Of a DNA stretch of 49,221 nucleotides, positions 1 to 7,945 are shown one piece after another. Position 1 is the first letter of the stretch; every line of letters starts with the position of its first letter. The stretch is from a virus (taxonomy: Duplodnaviria; Caudoviricetes): positions 1-49,221 of the IMG/VR virus record IMGVR_UViG_3300025288_000032, one strand, 5' to 3'. The translations under genes and the position numbers were made by a program. The notes beneath the pieces are model-generated. The model was not told the DNA's origin. It was given only the letters and a program-made list of their open reading frames with translations, and ran no database searches.

Positions 1-768
1 GTGCTCTACGAACCCCTCAAGCAAGAATTCCCCGAGCTCCCACCCACACTCCCAACATGGCGTACCATCTACAACATCCTCCAAAAACACAAGGGAATAA
101 TTACTACCACCCTCCTCGACACGCTAGAACCCGGCGAAATTTCCGACGCCGGGCACGCCAAAACCGTCCTTGGAATTCGGGAGGATGTACAGAAAATATT
201 CCCGGAACTGGCCAAGCAATGTAAGATTGCCCATGTAGGCCCTTCCACAAGCAACCCTGAACGAAAGATTCCTTCCGTTCCCCTCCCCGCGCCGGCTGTT
301 ACAGAAATTCTCTCGTGCCTCAATGCCTTGGGCATTTCCGGAAGCGCTATCCAAAGCCGCTCCTACAGCCGCCCCGGCCGGGTTTCCGGCCTACGGGGCC
401 ACATGCGTGCCCACATGCTCCGGGTTTCCCTCGGCATTGACGCATCTGGCTCCACGCAATTCCTTCTCCCCATCCTCGTCGGCGCGGCTGAATGGCTTTC
501 AACCGAAAAAATTGAAGTCGAACTTTGGGCTTGGGCAACAGACGCAGCAAGAATCTACGACCCCCACACCATCCCCGACTCCATCGGCTTTGGGACGCAA
601 GTCCAAAGCCTCTATAGCAAAATCTCCCCCACAACCACCGACGCCCTCATCATCCTAACCGATGGCGAAATAGTCGACGCCGCCCCGGCATGGCCTGGAC
701 CCACTATCTGGGTAGGCCCCGACGCCATCAAGAAACTCCCCGGCGAACACGTGGTAATTCCATCATGA
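1..768 (+). CDS. VWA-domain protein (DUF2201/MoxR-associated-like C-terminal part), probably 5'-truncated by the window edge
   Basis: MIDAS motif GIDASGST, downstream G-F-G-T and ILTDGE; frame is open from base 1. Confidence 0.75.
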   Translation: MLYEPLKQEFPELPPTLPTWRTIYNILQKHKGIITTTLLDTLEPGEISDAGHAKTVLGIREDVQKIFPELAKQCKIAHVGPSTSNPERKIPSVPLPAPAVTEILSCLNALGISGSAIQSRSYSRPGRVSGLRGHMRAHMLRVSLGIDASGSTQFLLPILVGAAEWLSTEKIEVELWAWATDAARIYDPHTIPDSIGFGTQVQSLYSKISPTTTDALIILTDGEIVDAAPAWPGPTIWVGPDAIKKLPGEHVVIPS

Positions 769-980
769 AAATTGTACAGATATTTAATACTAGTACTAGT
801 TTCAAATCGATTGATGGTAGATTAACTATCATGTCACGAGGCTTCATAATAATCTCAGAGAAAAAACTCGTAGTTCGCCCAGGCAAAGTAACATTTCCCA
901 ACGGGAATTCCCACGTCTTCAAAGGAAAGGCACTATTTAGTCACCAAATCCTTCTTGACTCAATATATGAACCGATATGA
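765..980 (+). CDS. Small array protein 1 (MKIVQIF..., 71 aa)
   Basis: ATG at 765 overlaps the VWA stop (ATGA); shares motif pattern with the following ORFs. Start revised from the track's 690. Confidence 0.75.
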   Translation: MKIVQIFNTSTSFKSIDGRLTIMSRGFIIISEKKLVVRPGKVTFPNGNSHVFKGKALFSHQILLDSIYEPI

Positions 981-1189
981 AAATCTCCAAGCTATCAGGT
1001 AATCACAGCCTACTTCGCCTGGGCGGGAATAAATTAGCTATTACGGTTTATGGCATTTTCCTATGGGAACCGAAAATAGACTTCATACAGCTCAACGTAT
1101 CATATGCCAACGGGAATTCCATCGACCATCTAGACAAAACAGAAAGTAAATATCAAATCCTAATCGATGAACTTAGGGAACCCATATGA
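977..1189 (+). CDS. Small array protein 2 (70 aa)
   Basis: ATGA overlap; MKI start; VSYANGNS...QILIDELREPI resembles protein 1. Confidence 0.78.
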   Translation: MKISKLSGNHSLLRLGGNKLAITVYGIFLWEPKIDFIQLNVSYANGNSIDHLDKTESKYQILIDELREPI

Positions 1190-1407
1190 AAATTATCCAG
1201 CGCGGTGGCGCACCCTGCGAGCTTCGTAGCCTCAACCCCATACCTACTGGCATCAGAATATATCCGGCCGGTATTATACTCTATGACGAAAAAATAGACC
1301 TCATCCATTTCAAAGTATCGTATCCCAATAGAACGTTCAGTAACTTTTCAATCCATACCATATTCAAATATAAGCTTTTTCCAAATGAACTTCATAAACC
1401 ATCATGA
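1186..1407 (+). CDS. Small array protein 3 (73 aa)
   Basis: ATGA overlap; GIILYDEKIDLIHFKVSYPN aligns with protein 2 GIFLWEPKIDFIQLNVSYAN. Confidence 0.78.
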   Translation: MKIIQRGGAPCELRSLNPIPTGIRIYPAGIILYDEKIDLIHFKVSYPNRTFSNFSIHTIFKYKLFPNELHKPS

Positions 1408-1619
1408 AAATCAGGAGCGCACGAAGAACTCGCGTCCAAAATAATCATCCCACCATATTCCTACGCTTCAGCCCCGTAGAAATTAGTTGGCAAAGCTCAA
1501 AGAGCACCCATGCTATGGCCAAAGTTACCCGGCCGAGCGGAATGCACCATACCATATCCAAGCTCATAAGCCGAATCCGTCAAATCATGCCGGACAGCCT
1601 TGAAGAATCCAAAGAATGA
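1404..1619 (+). CDS. Small array protein 4 (71 aa)
   Basis: ATGA overlap; MKI start; KVTRPSG...QIMPDSL matches the family pattern. Confidence 0.72.
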   Translation: MKIRSARRTRVQNNHPTIFLRFSPVEISWQSSKSTHAMAKVTRPSGMHHTISKLISRIRQIMPDSLEESKE

Positions 1620-1837
1620 AAATTGACCTTTCCACCTTTTTTGGGGCTAGTACAAGCAATGCCTTTCACTTTTCCAAATTGCAGATAACCTTTTATGGCA
1701 TAGAATTCGATTCCTCATATGAACCTAGATTCTACAAAATAACCCGTGACATCGGCGACGTAACCCATACCTACACAAGCCGGCTCTTTGTCTATTCTCT
1801 CTATTCATCGGAAATAATCGACCCGCTCGAATTATGA
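1616..1837 (+). CDS. Small array protein 5 (73 aa)
   Basis: ATGA overlap; KLQITFYGI matches protein 2 KLAITVYGI. Confidence 0.75.
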   Translation: MKIDLSTFFGASTSNAFHFSKLQITFYGIEFDSSYEPRFYKITRDIGDVTHTYTSRLFVYSLYSSEIIDPLEL

Positions 1838-1841
1838 AATC

Positions 1842-2057
1842 ATGAAAGTCCATCTTACTTCAGATAAATCAATTCTTTGCAAGAATTCCACCCTGCAAAA
1901 CAAAAGTGAGCTTTGTATTTCTTCCTCCAACATCTTCTTCAACACTCCCAGTTCCCAGGTTCTCATTACATACGACAATGGTGATTCTAATATCAACAAA
2001 GTCCTATTCTTCAACGGGAACTTTTCAGTTAACGTTATCTACAGCCCCATAAAATGA
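1842..2057 (+). CDS. Small array protein 6 (71 aa)
   Basis: MKV start; IFF...QVLITYDNG matches protein 8 ILF...QALLTFDDG. Confidence 0.72.
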   Translation: MKVHLTSDKSILCKNSTLQNKSELCISSSNIFFNTPSSQVLITYDNGDSNINKVLFFNGNFSVNVIYSPIK

Positions 2058-2281
2058 AAATCCACCTCAACTACCGTCAAGATCCCTCTACCATGAAAAA
2101 GCCCGAAATGGAATTTCGGCCCGAAGCCCTTGGATTCTATCTTCTAAAAACGAATAATGAATGCCTGATAATCACGCAAGACGGCCAAAAAATAATCTAT
2201 CACCCGCCCCTGATGAAACCAGGCTATTGTAAACTTCAAGCAACCATAATCTATCGTGCCTTCAAGGGGGAAACCCCATGA
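2054..2281 (+). CDS. Small array protein 7 (75 aa)
   Basis: ATGA overlap; MKIHL start; LIITQDG motif. Confidence 0.72.
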   Translation: MKIHLNYRQDPSTMKKPEMEFRPEALGFYLLKTNNECLIITQDGQKIIYHPPLMKPGYCKLQATIIYRAFKGETP

Positions 2282-2496
2282 AAATCTATGCCCTTAAAGG
2301 CTTAGGCGTTCGCCTTAAAAATGCGTCGACTTCACAGATTTTCTTAACCAAAACAGACATCCTCTTCACCTGCGATTCCCGGCAAGCATTACTAACTTTC
2401 GACGACGGGCATTCCGAGAATTACACAACTCCAAGCCTACTCAATGGGGGCATCTCCTACTTTCTCCTCCACGAACCCATTATGGACAAAAAATGA
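2278..2496 (+). CDS. Small array protein 8 (72 aa)
   Basis: ATGA overlap; MKI start; C-terminal LHEPI. Confidence 0.75.
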   Translation: MKIYALKGLGVRLKNASTSQIFLTKTDILFTCDSRQALLTFDDGHSENYTTPSLLNGGISYFLLHEPIMDKK

Positions 2497-2729
2497 AAAT
2501 TTTCCATCAATCTTTCCCCCTATGGGGAACCCACAATTTCAATCATAACATAGAGATCACAGACAAAGACATTTTAATTCGAGATAGTATTCTTAAAGAC
2601 GCCGCTAAGGACAAAAGTCATCTTATAACACCATATGGAATCGACGTAGAACTCAGCCATAATCAATCTATCTGGTCACTTCACAACGATAGCATTCTAC
2701 TTGCCCGCAAAAATGAAAATTATCTATAA
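2493..2729 (+). CDS. Small array protein 9 (78 aa)
   Basis: ATGA overlap; HNI...ITPYGIDVE...IWSL...SILLARK pattern shared with proteins 10 and 11. Confidence 0.75.
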   Translation: MKIFHQSFPLWGTHNFNHNIEITDKDILIRDSILKDAAKDKSHLITPYGIDVELSHNQSIWSLHNDSILLARKNENYL

Positions 2730-2934
2730 AGCCCATCCCGTAATAAACAGCAACCTTGTAGGCCACAACATAAACTTTTCAAATGATGCCCTTACAATTT
2801 GGGACACCGCAAATACCGATGAAAACCAAAACGTTTCCTATCAAATATCCCCTTCAGGAGTTGAAACAAAAATGAGATTCATGCACACATTCTGGACACT
2901 CCGCGTTTGGAGCATATCCATTGCCCACAAATAA
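2713..2934 (+). CDS. Small array protein 10 (MKIIYK..., 73 aa)
   Basis: Start revised to ATG 2713; YQISPSGVE...FWTL...SISIAHK. Confidence 0.75.
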   Translation: MKIIYKAHPVINSNLVGHNINFSNDALTIWDTANTDENQNVSYQISPSGVETKMRFMHTFWTLRVWSISIAHK

Positions 2935-2951
2935 ATGTAATAAATCCCAAA

Positions 2952-3191
2952 ATGAAAGTTTCTCGTAAGCCCCCTTCCATATCTGGGACGTATATCTCAA
3001 GCAGAAGGATAGTCTTTGCGACTACTGTCCTTTCCATCCTCGATCCTAGCCAAGAAAGAGAAGGCTGCCATGGCGCCTACCAAACGTCCCCCGCCGGGGT
3101 TGAAGTAAAAGTCCCTCTACAGTCATCATTCTGGGAATTCAAGGCCAACAGCATCTTAATTATCCGCAAAATCCGCGAAGAAAGGAACTAA
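2952..3191 (+). CDS. Small array protein 11 (MKVSRK..., 79 aa)
   Basis: Start revised to ATG 2952; YQTSPAGVE...FWEF...SILIIRK is clearly paralogous to protein 10. Confidence 0.75.
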   Translation: MKVSRKPPSISGTYISSRRIVFATTVLSILDPSQEREGCHGAYQTSPAGVEVKVPLQSSFWEFKANSILIIRKIREERN

Positions 3192-3196
3192 GCCCC

Positions 3197-3352
3197 ATGT
3201 TTTACATAGTCGTCACAAACGATCGAATCATCCTCTACACCGCGTCTTTGCCTATGGCCACGCAAAAAGCGAAAACTATCCCGAACGCCAGAATCTTCGA
3301 AGTCACTGAGCTTCGGGGCCTTGAAAACCCGCGAAAGGAAAATATCAAATGA
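3197..3352 (+). CDS. Hypothetical 51-aa protein (MFYIVVTNDRIILY...), not in the ORF track
   Basis: Read manually; AAAGGAA upstream; fills the gap and ends in an ATGA overlap. Confidence 0.55.
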   Translation: MFYIVVTNDRIILYTASLPMATQKAKTIPNARIFEVTELRGLENPRKENIK

Positions 3353-3504
3353 GCCAGATGTGTTCTTTCTCCCCTTCCTATTGCCCCTGTGGCTCGCAAA
3401 TATCTGCTTCTATGTTTCCTTCGCCCTTAGATGGTGGCTTTTCATTGGGTAATTTACCTTGCCTTCGGGACGACTTGATTCAAGCAGATACAGGAGACAT
3501 TGAA

Positions 3505-3729
3505 ATGACAGAAGAACTTACCCGCTTCGTAATGACCATTCGCGGACGTGACGTTGAAGTTATGATTCTTTCGTGGGAGCCTTTTCAGCGCGGTGATTGC
3601 TACCCGGATGAGGGGGGAACTGGTGAGTGGATTCTTCTCGACCCGGAAATGGGGGGGTACGATTCTCTCACCCGCGCCGAGAAGCAAAAGATCAATGACG
3701 ACTGTTTTAGTGTCATGGAGGGGGTATGA
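3505..3729 (+). CDS. Hypothetical protein (MTEELTRF...), paralog of the next gene
   Basis: AGGAG RBS before ATG 3505 (track start 3349); RGRDVEVMIL...EWILLDP...LT..E...I...CF. Confidence 0.68.
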   Translation: MTEELTRFVMTIRGRDVEVMILSWEPFQRGDCYPDEGGTGEWILLDPEMGGYDSLTRAEKQKINDDCFSVMEGV

Positions 3730-3923
3730 TGACTCACAGCTTTCCACTGGAACTGCGCGGTCTCGATGTAAAAATTGTCATTCTTGGTCTTCCAGACGAA
3801 TGGATCGTCGTTGATCCTGATACGGGTGAGCAATTGAAAAACCTTCAAGCAGCGCTCACTCAGAATGAAATAGAACTTATCGACGAGTTCTGTTTCGCCC
3901 TCATGGCTCGGGTATTACACTAA
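3726..3923 (+). CDS. Hypothetical protein, paralog of the previous gene
   Basis: GGAGG RBS, ATGA overlap; RGLDVKIVIL...EWIVVDP...LT..E...I...CF. Confidence 0.72.
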   Translation: MMTHSFPLELRGLDVKIVILGLPDEWIVVDPDTGEQLKNLQAALTQNEIELIDEFCFALMARVLH

Positions 3924-4132
3924 TGGAAATCTATTTGCATAAAGGAATGTGGCGCGCTGAAGTAGCAGGAATCACGCTAGTGCAGGCATGCGACGTGGAA
4001 GTACGAGGTCATGGGTCTTTGGTAAAGCCCATACTTGGCGTATTCGCCCTGCCTGGTGGAGGATCGGTGTTGGCACAGGATTTATCGATACTCGAACAAC
4101 GAATCTTACGAATGGGAGGAGTAACAACATGA
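3923..4132 (+). CDS. Hypothetical protein
   Basis: TAATG stop-start coupling with the upstream gene. Confidence 0.6.
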   Translation: MEIYLHKGMWRAEVAGITLVQACDVEVRGHGSLVKPILGVFALPGGGSVLAQDLSILEQRILRMGGVTT

Positions 4133-4169
4133 TGAGCTGTGATTGTCGCTTGTGAATACCTTGGAGGAA

Positions 4170-4748
4170 ATGATCATGGAATATTGCACTGCTCGCGTAA
4201 TCGCTCAGCGTAAGGCGCTTGTTGAACGTCTCGTTGACCTCGATGAGAATGACGGCCGCAGGCGGCTGATGGGTCGCCCACTGGAACTTGCAGAAAAGGT
4301 GCTGGCTCGGCTCCCGGAGCGTTACTACGCTCTCTGGGAGCTACAGAATACCTACGCCCACATTTGGGCTGCGGACCTGTCCACAGCAGTGGCCAAGGCT
4401 GAGGCGGGAGTCGATCCCTCCAACTACTCCGAATGGAGTGGGGAGACACAGTGGATAATCTGTGGTGCCTACGATACCATCACTGGTGACCACTCCAGCA
4501 GTAGTGTCACCATCGAGCCGGAGGAGCCTCACTGCTCCTCACCCGAGGGACACGACTGGTGCGCACCCTACAGCGTCGTTGGCCACAGAGGATTGGTCTG
4601 CCGGGAGGTTTGCCGTCACTGCGGAGCCTACAGGATCACCAATACTCGGGCACAAAACCCTGAGACGGGCGAGCAGGGGCTGGAGCGTACCTCCTACGAG
4701 ACGGCGGACGCCTACAGCTTGTCATACGTCGAGGAGGAGAATGACTAA
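4170..4748 (+). CDS. Hypothetical protein with a Cys/His cluster (possible Zn-binding)
   Basis: GGAGG near ATG 4170/4176 (track start 4143); HC...HDWC...CRHCG. Confidence 0.68.
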   Translation: MIMEYCTARVIAQRKALVERLVDLDENDGRRRLMGRPLELAEKVLARLPERYYALWELQNTYAHIWAADLSTAVAKAEAGVDPSNYSEWSGETQWIICGAYDTITGDHSSSSVTIEPEEPHCSSPEGHDWCAPYSVVGHRGLVCREVCRHCGAYRITNTRAQNPETGEQGLERTSYETADAYSLSYVEEEND

Positions 4749-4785
4749 CGAACAGCAACTTGGATATTGCAGCGGAGAACACAAA

Positions 4786-5286
4786 ATGACACAGTTCAGA
4801 AAGAAACCTGTAGTGGTCGAAGCATTTCAAATGACCAGAGAGAGACGGCATTCAAATGACGATTGGCCGGAGTGGATGCACGAAGCCTGGAACAAGAAAC
4901 GCGAAGCGCCGGGCTCTCTCTTTCCGACAGAGAAAGGCAAAGCTGGTGGCACGTTGTCAATCGCAACGTTGGAAGGCCAACATCTGGTATCGTGGGATGA
5001 TTGGATCATTCGTGGCATCGCGGGGGAACTGTACCCTTGCAAGCCTGAAATCTTCGCGGCAACGTATGAGAAGGTTGAAGACATTGAAAGTTGGGAAAAG
5101 CTGAAACTCATAAAATCAGTACATATCTGTGACTGGAGAGAAAATGACGACGGCAACTGGGAAACCGAATGTGGGCAGATGTTCGCGTTCGAAACAGGCA
5201 CACCCACGGACAACAAGATGAAGTTTTGCTACTGCTGTGGTAAACCGTTGCGCTCGATTCCCCAACATGCGAAGGATGCGAAATGA
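4786..5286 (+). CDS. Phage conserved RKKPVVVEA-type domain fused to a C-terminal Cys-rich Zn-ribbon-like domain
   Basis: FRKKPVVVEAFQ...TLEG...DWIIRG..GELYPCKPEIF..TYE, a pattern common in phage hypotheticals; GGAG RBS; alternative start 4741. Confidence 0.75.
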   Translation: MTQFRKKPVVVEAFQMTRERRHSNDDWPEWMHEAWNKKREAPGSLFPTEKGKAGGTLSIATLEGQHLVSWDDWIIRGIAGELYPCKPEIFAATYEKVEDIESWEKLKLIKSVHICDWRENDDGNWETECGQMFAFETGTPTDNKMKFCYCCGKPLRSIPQHAKDAK

Positions 5287-5597
5287 AACAACTAACCAGC
5301 AACGATCTCACATACGCCCTGTATGAGGCAGCGCACGCTTCTGTATATCCTGCACCTAAGTATGCTCCGACGACGCTCTATTTCTTGGCAGCTCGCGAGA
5401 TTGAGCGGCTGATGCGTGAGAAAACAAAAGCCCAAATGTCTACTTGTAATTGGACCCAGAACGAGGACGGTAACTGGGAAACGGGATGTGGGCAGATGTT
5501 CGTTTTCGAAGCTGGCACACCCGAAGACAACAAGTTCGAATTCTGCTGCTACTGCGGCAACTCGCTGCAATCACTCGCCCAACTTGGAAGGATGTGA
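5283..5597 (+). CDS. Hypothetical protein with the same Cys-rich C-terminal domain
   Basis: ATGA overlap; CNW..NEDGNWETGCGQMF.FEAGTP.DNK..FC..CG. Confidence 0.75.
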   Translation: MKQLTSNDLTYALYEAAHASVYPAPKYAPTTLYFLAAREIERLMREKTKAQMSTCNWTQNEDGNWETGCGQMFVFEAGTPEDNKFEFCCYCGNSLQSLAQLGRM

Positions 5598-5599
5598 AC

Positions 5600-5965
5600 A
5601 TGGAAATCTTGTTTGATGAAGACATGGTAAAAGACGCGATCAACAACTCCGCTTCAAAGGCTATCGAAACTGCTTTTGCTGGGTACGAAACTCAACATGC
5701 AATCGCATCGATCATCACAACAGAAATCGCCGAAGGTTCGATCAAGCAAGCCATCGCGCAAGCTACGACACAAATCGACCTCGACGAATTCACGAGCACG
5801 CTCGCGAAGGAATTGCAAGACGCGGTCGTTAAGGCAACCATCAGGGTTCTCCGCGAAGGGCTGTGCTCGACGATTTGCAAACTCCGGGGCATCGGCGACT
5901 ACCAGAAGGAAGAGCGCGCGAAACTCTACGCCGAACTCTTTCTGGTAGAAAATTCTGCCAAATGA
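5600..5965 (+). CDS. Hypothetical helical protein (MEILFDED...)
   Basis: AAGGA upstream of ATG 5600; packs between its neighbours. Confidence 0.7.
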   Translation: MEILFDEDMVKDAINNSASKAIETAFAGYETQHAIASIITTEIAEGSIKQAIAQATTQIDLDEFTSTLAKELQDAVVKATIRVLREGLCSTICKLRGIGDYQKEERAKLYAELFLVENSAK

Positions 5966-6126
5966 AAATCCCATCTTTCATCCGTCCCGCATGCTTCGAG
6001 CGCCGACAATCCGAGAACCTACGTCACATTCCCTGGGCCGATGAATACACAAGCCTTCCCATCTACTGGCCTGACGTTGTGGTTCTACTTGTCGCGATTG
6101 CGGGGTTTCTCATATGGATATTTTAA
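5962..6126 (+). CDS. Small membrane protein (MKIPSF..., C-terminal TM helix)
   Basis: ATGA overlap; hydrophobic VVVLLVAIAGFLIWIF. Confidence 0.6.
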   Translation: MKIPSFIRPACFERRQSENLRHIPWADEYTSLPIYWPDVVVLLVAIAGFLIWIF

Positions 6127-7943
6127 CGATTGATTTTGAGACATACTACGACAAAGATTACAGCTTGTCGAAGCTCACTATTGCGCAGTACATTCGTAGC
6201 CCCCTGTTTGAGATTATTGGCGTATCGGTCAAGGTCAATCACTATCCCGCCGATTGGTATAGCGGGACCAACCCTGGTAAATACCTCAAGAAATTGAACT
6301 ACGACAGGCGAGCTATTCTGTGCCACAACACAGCTTTCGACGGTGCTATTCTGTCTTGGCTGTTCGACATTCGCCCCAAGCTGTGGCTCGATACATTGAG
6401 CATGGCTAGACCAATTCATGGCATTACAGTAGGCAAAGGGCTTGCCAAGTTAGCAATACATCATAAGTTAGGTAGAAAAGGTACTGAAGTAGTGAGTGCG
6501 CTAGGTAAGCACAGGGATGATTTCACGCGAGCAGAACTCGCTCAGTATGGATCATACTGCATAAACGATGTGAATCTGACTAAGGCGCTGTTCGATAAAC
6601 TGAAGGCAGGGTTTCCTATCAATGAGCTACTGATCATTGATCAAACGCTGCGTATGTACACCGAGCCTGTCCTAGAACTCGATGCGACGTTGCTAAAAAA
6701 ACATCTTGTGGAAATACGAGCGAATAAGCAGGCGTTACTCAATGGCCTTGATCGAGAAACATTCATGTCCAACAACAAGTTTGCGGAATATCTCAGCTCG
6801 CTAGGTGTGGAACCGCCGACTAAGCTCAGTCTGACAACTGGTAAAGAGACGTGGGCTTTTGCTAAAACGGACGAAGCGCTAACTGCTTTGTTGGACCACG
6901 AAGATGAACGTGTACAGGCCGCTGTAGCTACTCGATTGGGAGTGAAATCTACGTTGGAGGAGTCTCGTACCGAGGCACTCATTGAAGCAGAGAAGCATGG
7001 TTGCTTGCCTATCTTGCTCAACTACTATGGAGCGCATACGGGGCGTTTCAGTGGGGGAGATAAACTCAATCTCCAGAATCTACCGGTTCGTGGTAACAGT
7101 ACAATCAGGCGAGCTTTGAAGGCTCCTGAAGGGCATGTACTCATTTCTTGCGATTTATCGCAGATTGAAGCCCGGATTTTGGCGTGGGTAGCACGGCAAG
7201 ATGATCTGCTCAATGCGTTCAGGCAGAGACGAGACATCTACTCCGAATTTGCTTCTGAAATTTATGGTCGACAAATAACGAAGGAAGATGTTAAAGAACG
7301 CTTTGTTGGGAAGGTAAGTATCTTGGGGCTAGGATACGGTATGGGGCCTGAAAAGTTTCAGCATACCTTGGCAATTGGACAGGCTGGGATTAGCGTGAAG
7401 ATAGACTGCAATGAGGCTGAACATATCGTCCGGCTCTACCGACAAAAAATCTTGATGATTGTGCAATTTTGGCGGAAGTGTGATAATGCACTCAAAGATA
7501 TGCTGTACGGTGGCCACAACGAACTACATTCACAGATACACTACAATGACAAAGGCATTCGGTTACCCAATGGATTCTACATCCAATATCCAGCGTTACG
7601 GGAAACTGCCAATGGGTTCATGTACATTTCCAACGCCGCAGCTTATCGAAAATTGTCGACGCCTGATGACATTTCCTGGACGAAGCTGTATGGTAGTAAG
7701 GTAACAGAAAACATCGTACAGGCGCTTGCCGCATTGGTAATCCGAGAACAGATGGTTGTTGCAGGACAGCGATACAAAACAGTTTTGCAGATACACGATG
7801 AAATTATCATCTGTGTTCCTGAAAATACTGCGCTTGATGCGCAAACAGACCTCGAATCCCTGATGTCCATTCCTCCCAAGTGGGCACCTGATTTGCCGAT
7901 TGCGTGCGAATCCAGTGTAGCAGCAAATTACGGAGATATGTAA
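6114..7943 (+). CDS. Phage family A DNA polymerase with 3'-5' exonuclease
   Basis: Exo I IDFET, exo II HNTAFD, TGRFSG/NLQNLP, motif A DLSQIEAR, motif B KVSILGLGYG, motif C IHDE. Confidence 0.95.
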   Translation: MDILTIDFETYYDKDYSLSKLTIAQYIRSPLFEIIGVSVKVNHYPADWYSGTNPGKYLKKLNYDRRAILCHNTAFDGAILSWLFDIRPKLWLDTLSMARPIHGITVGKGLAKLAIHHKLGRKGTEVVSALGKHRDDFTRAELAQYGSYCINDVNLTKALFDKLKAGFPINELLIIDQTLRMYTEPVLELDATLLKKHLVEIRANKQALLNGLDRETFMSNNKFAEYLSSLGVEPPTKLSLTTGKETWAFAKTDEALTALLDHEDERVQAAVATRLGVKSTLEESRTEALIEAEKHGCLPILLNYYGAHTGRFSGGDKLNLQNLPVRGNSTIRRALKAPEGHVLISCDLSQIEARILAWVARQDDLLNAFRQRRDIYSEFASEIYGRQITKEDVKERFVGKVSILGLGYGMGPEKFQHTLAIGQAGISVKIDCNEAEHIVRLYRQKILMIVQFWRKCDNALKDMLYGGHNELHSQIHYNDKGIRLPNGFYIQYPALRETANGFMYISNAAAYRKLSTPDDISWTKLYGSKVTENIVQALAALVIREQMVVAGQRYKTVLQIHDEIIICVPENTALDAQTDLESLMSIPPKWAPDLPIACESSVAANYGDM

Positions 7944-7945
7944 AA

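Noticed and set aside
765-3191. Integron cassette array
   Set aside because: Genes overlap directly, leaving no room for attC sites, and no integron integrase is present.
4462-4740. Long N-terminal extension of the 4462..5286 ORF
   Set aside because: Overlaps the upstream gene in another frame; the recognisable domain and RBS start at 4786.
5128-5570. Diversity-generating retroelement TR/VR pair
   Set aside because: Differences are not adenine-specific, both copies are coding, and no reverse transcriptase is present.
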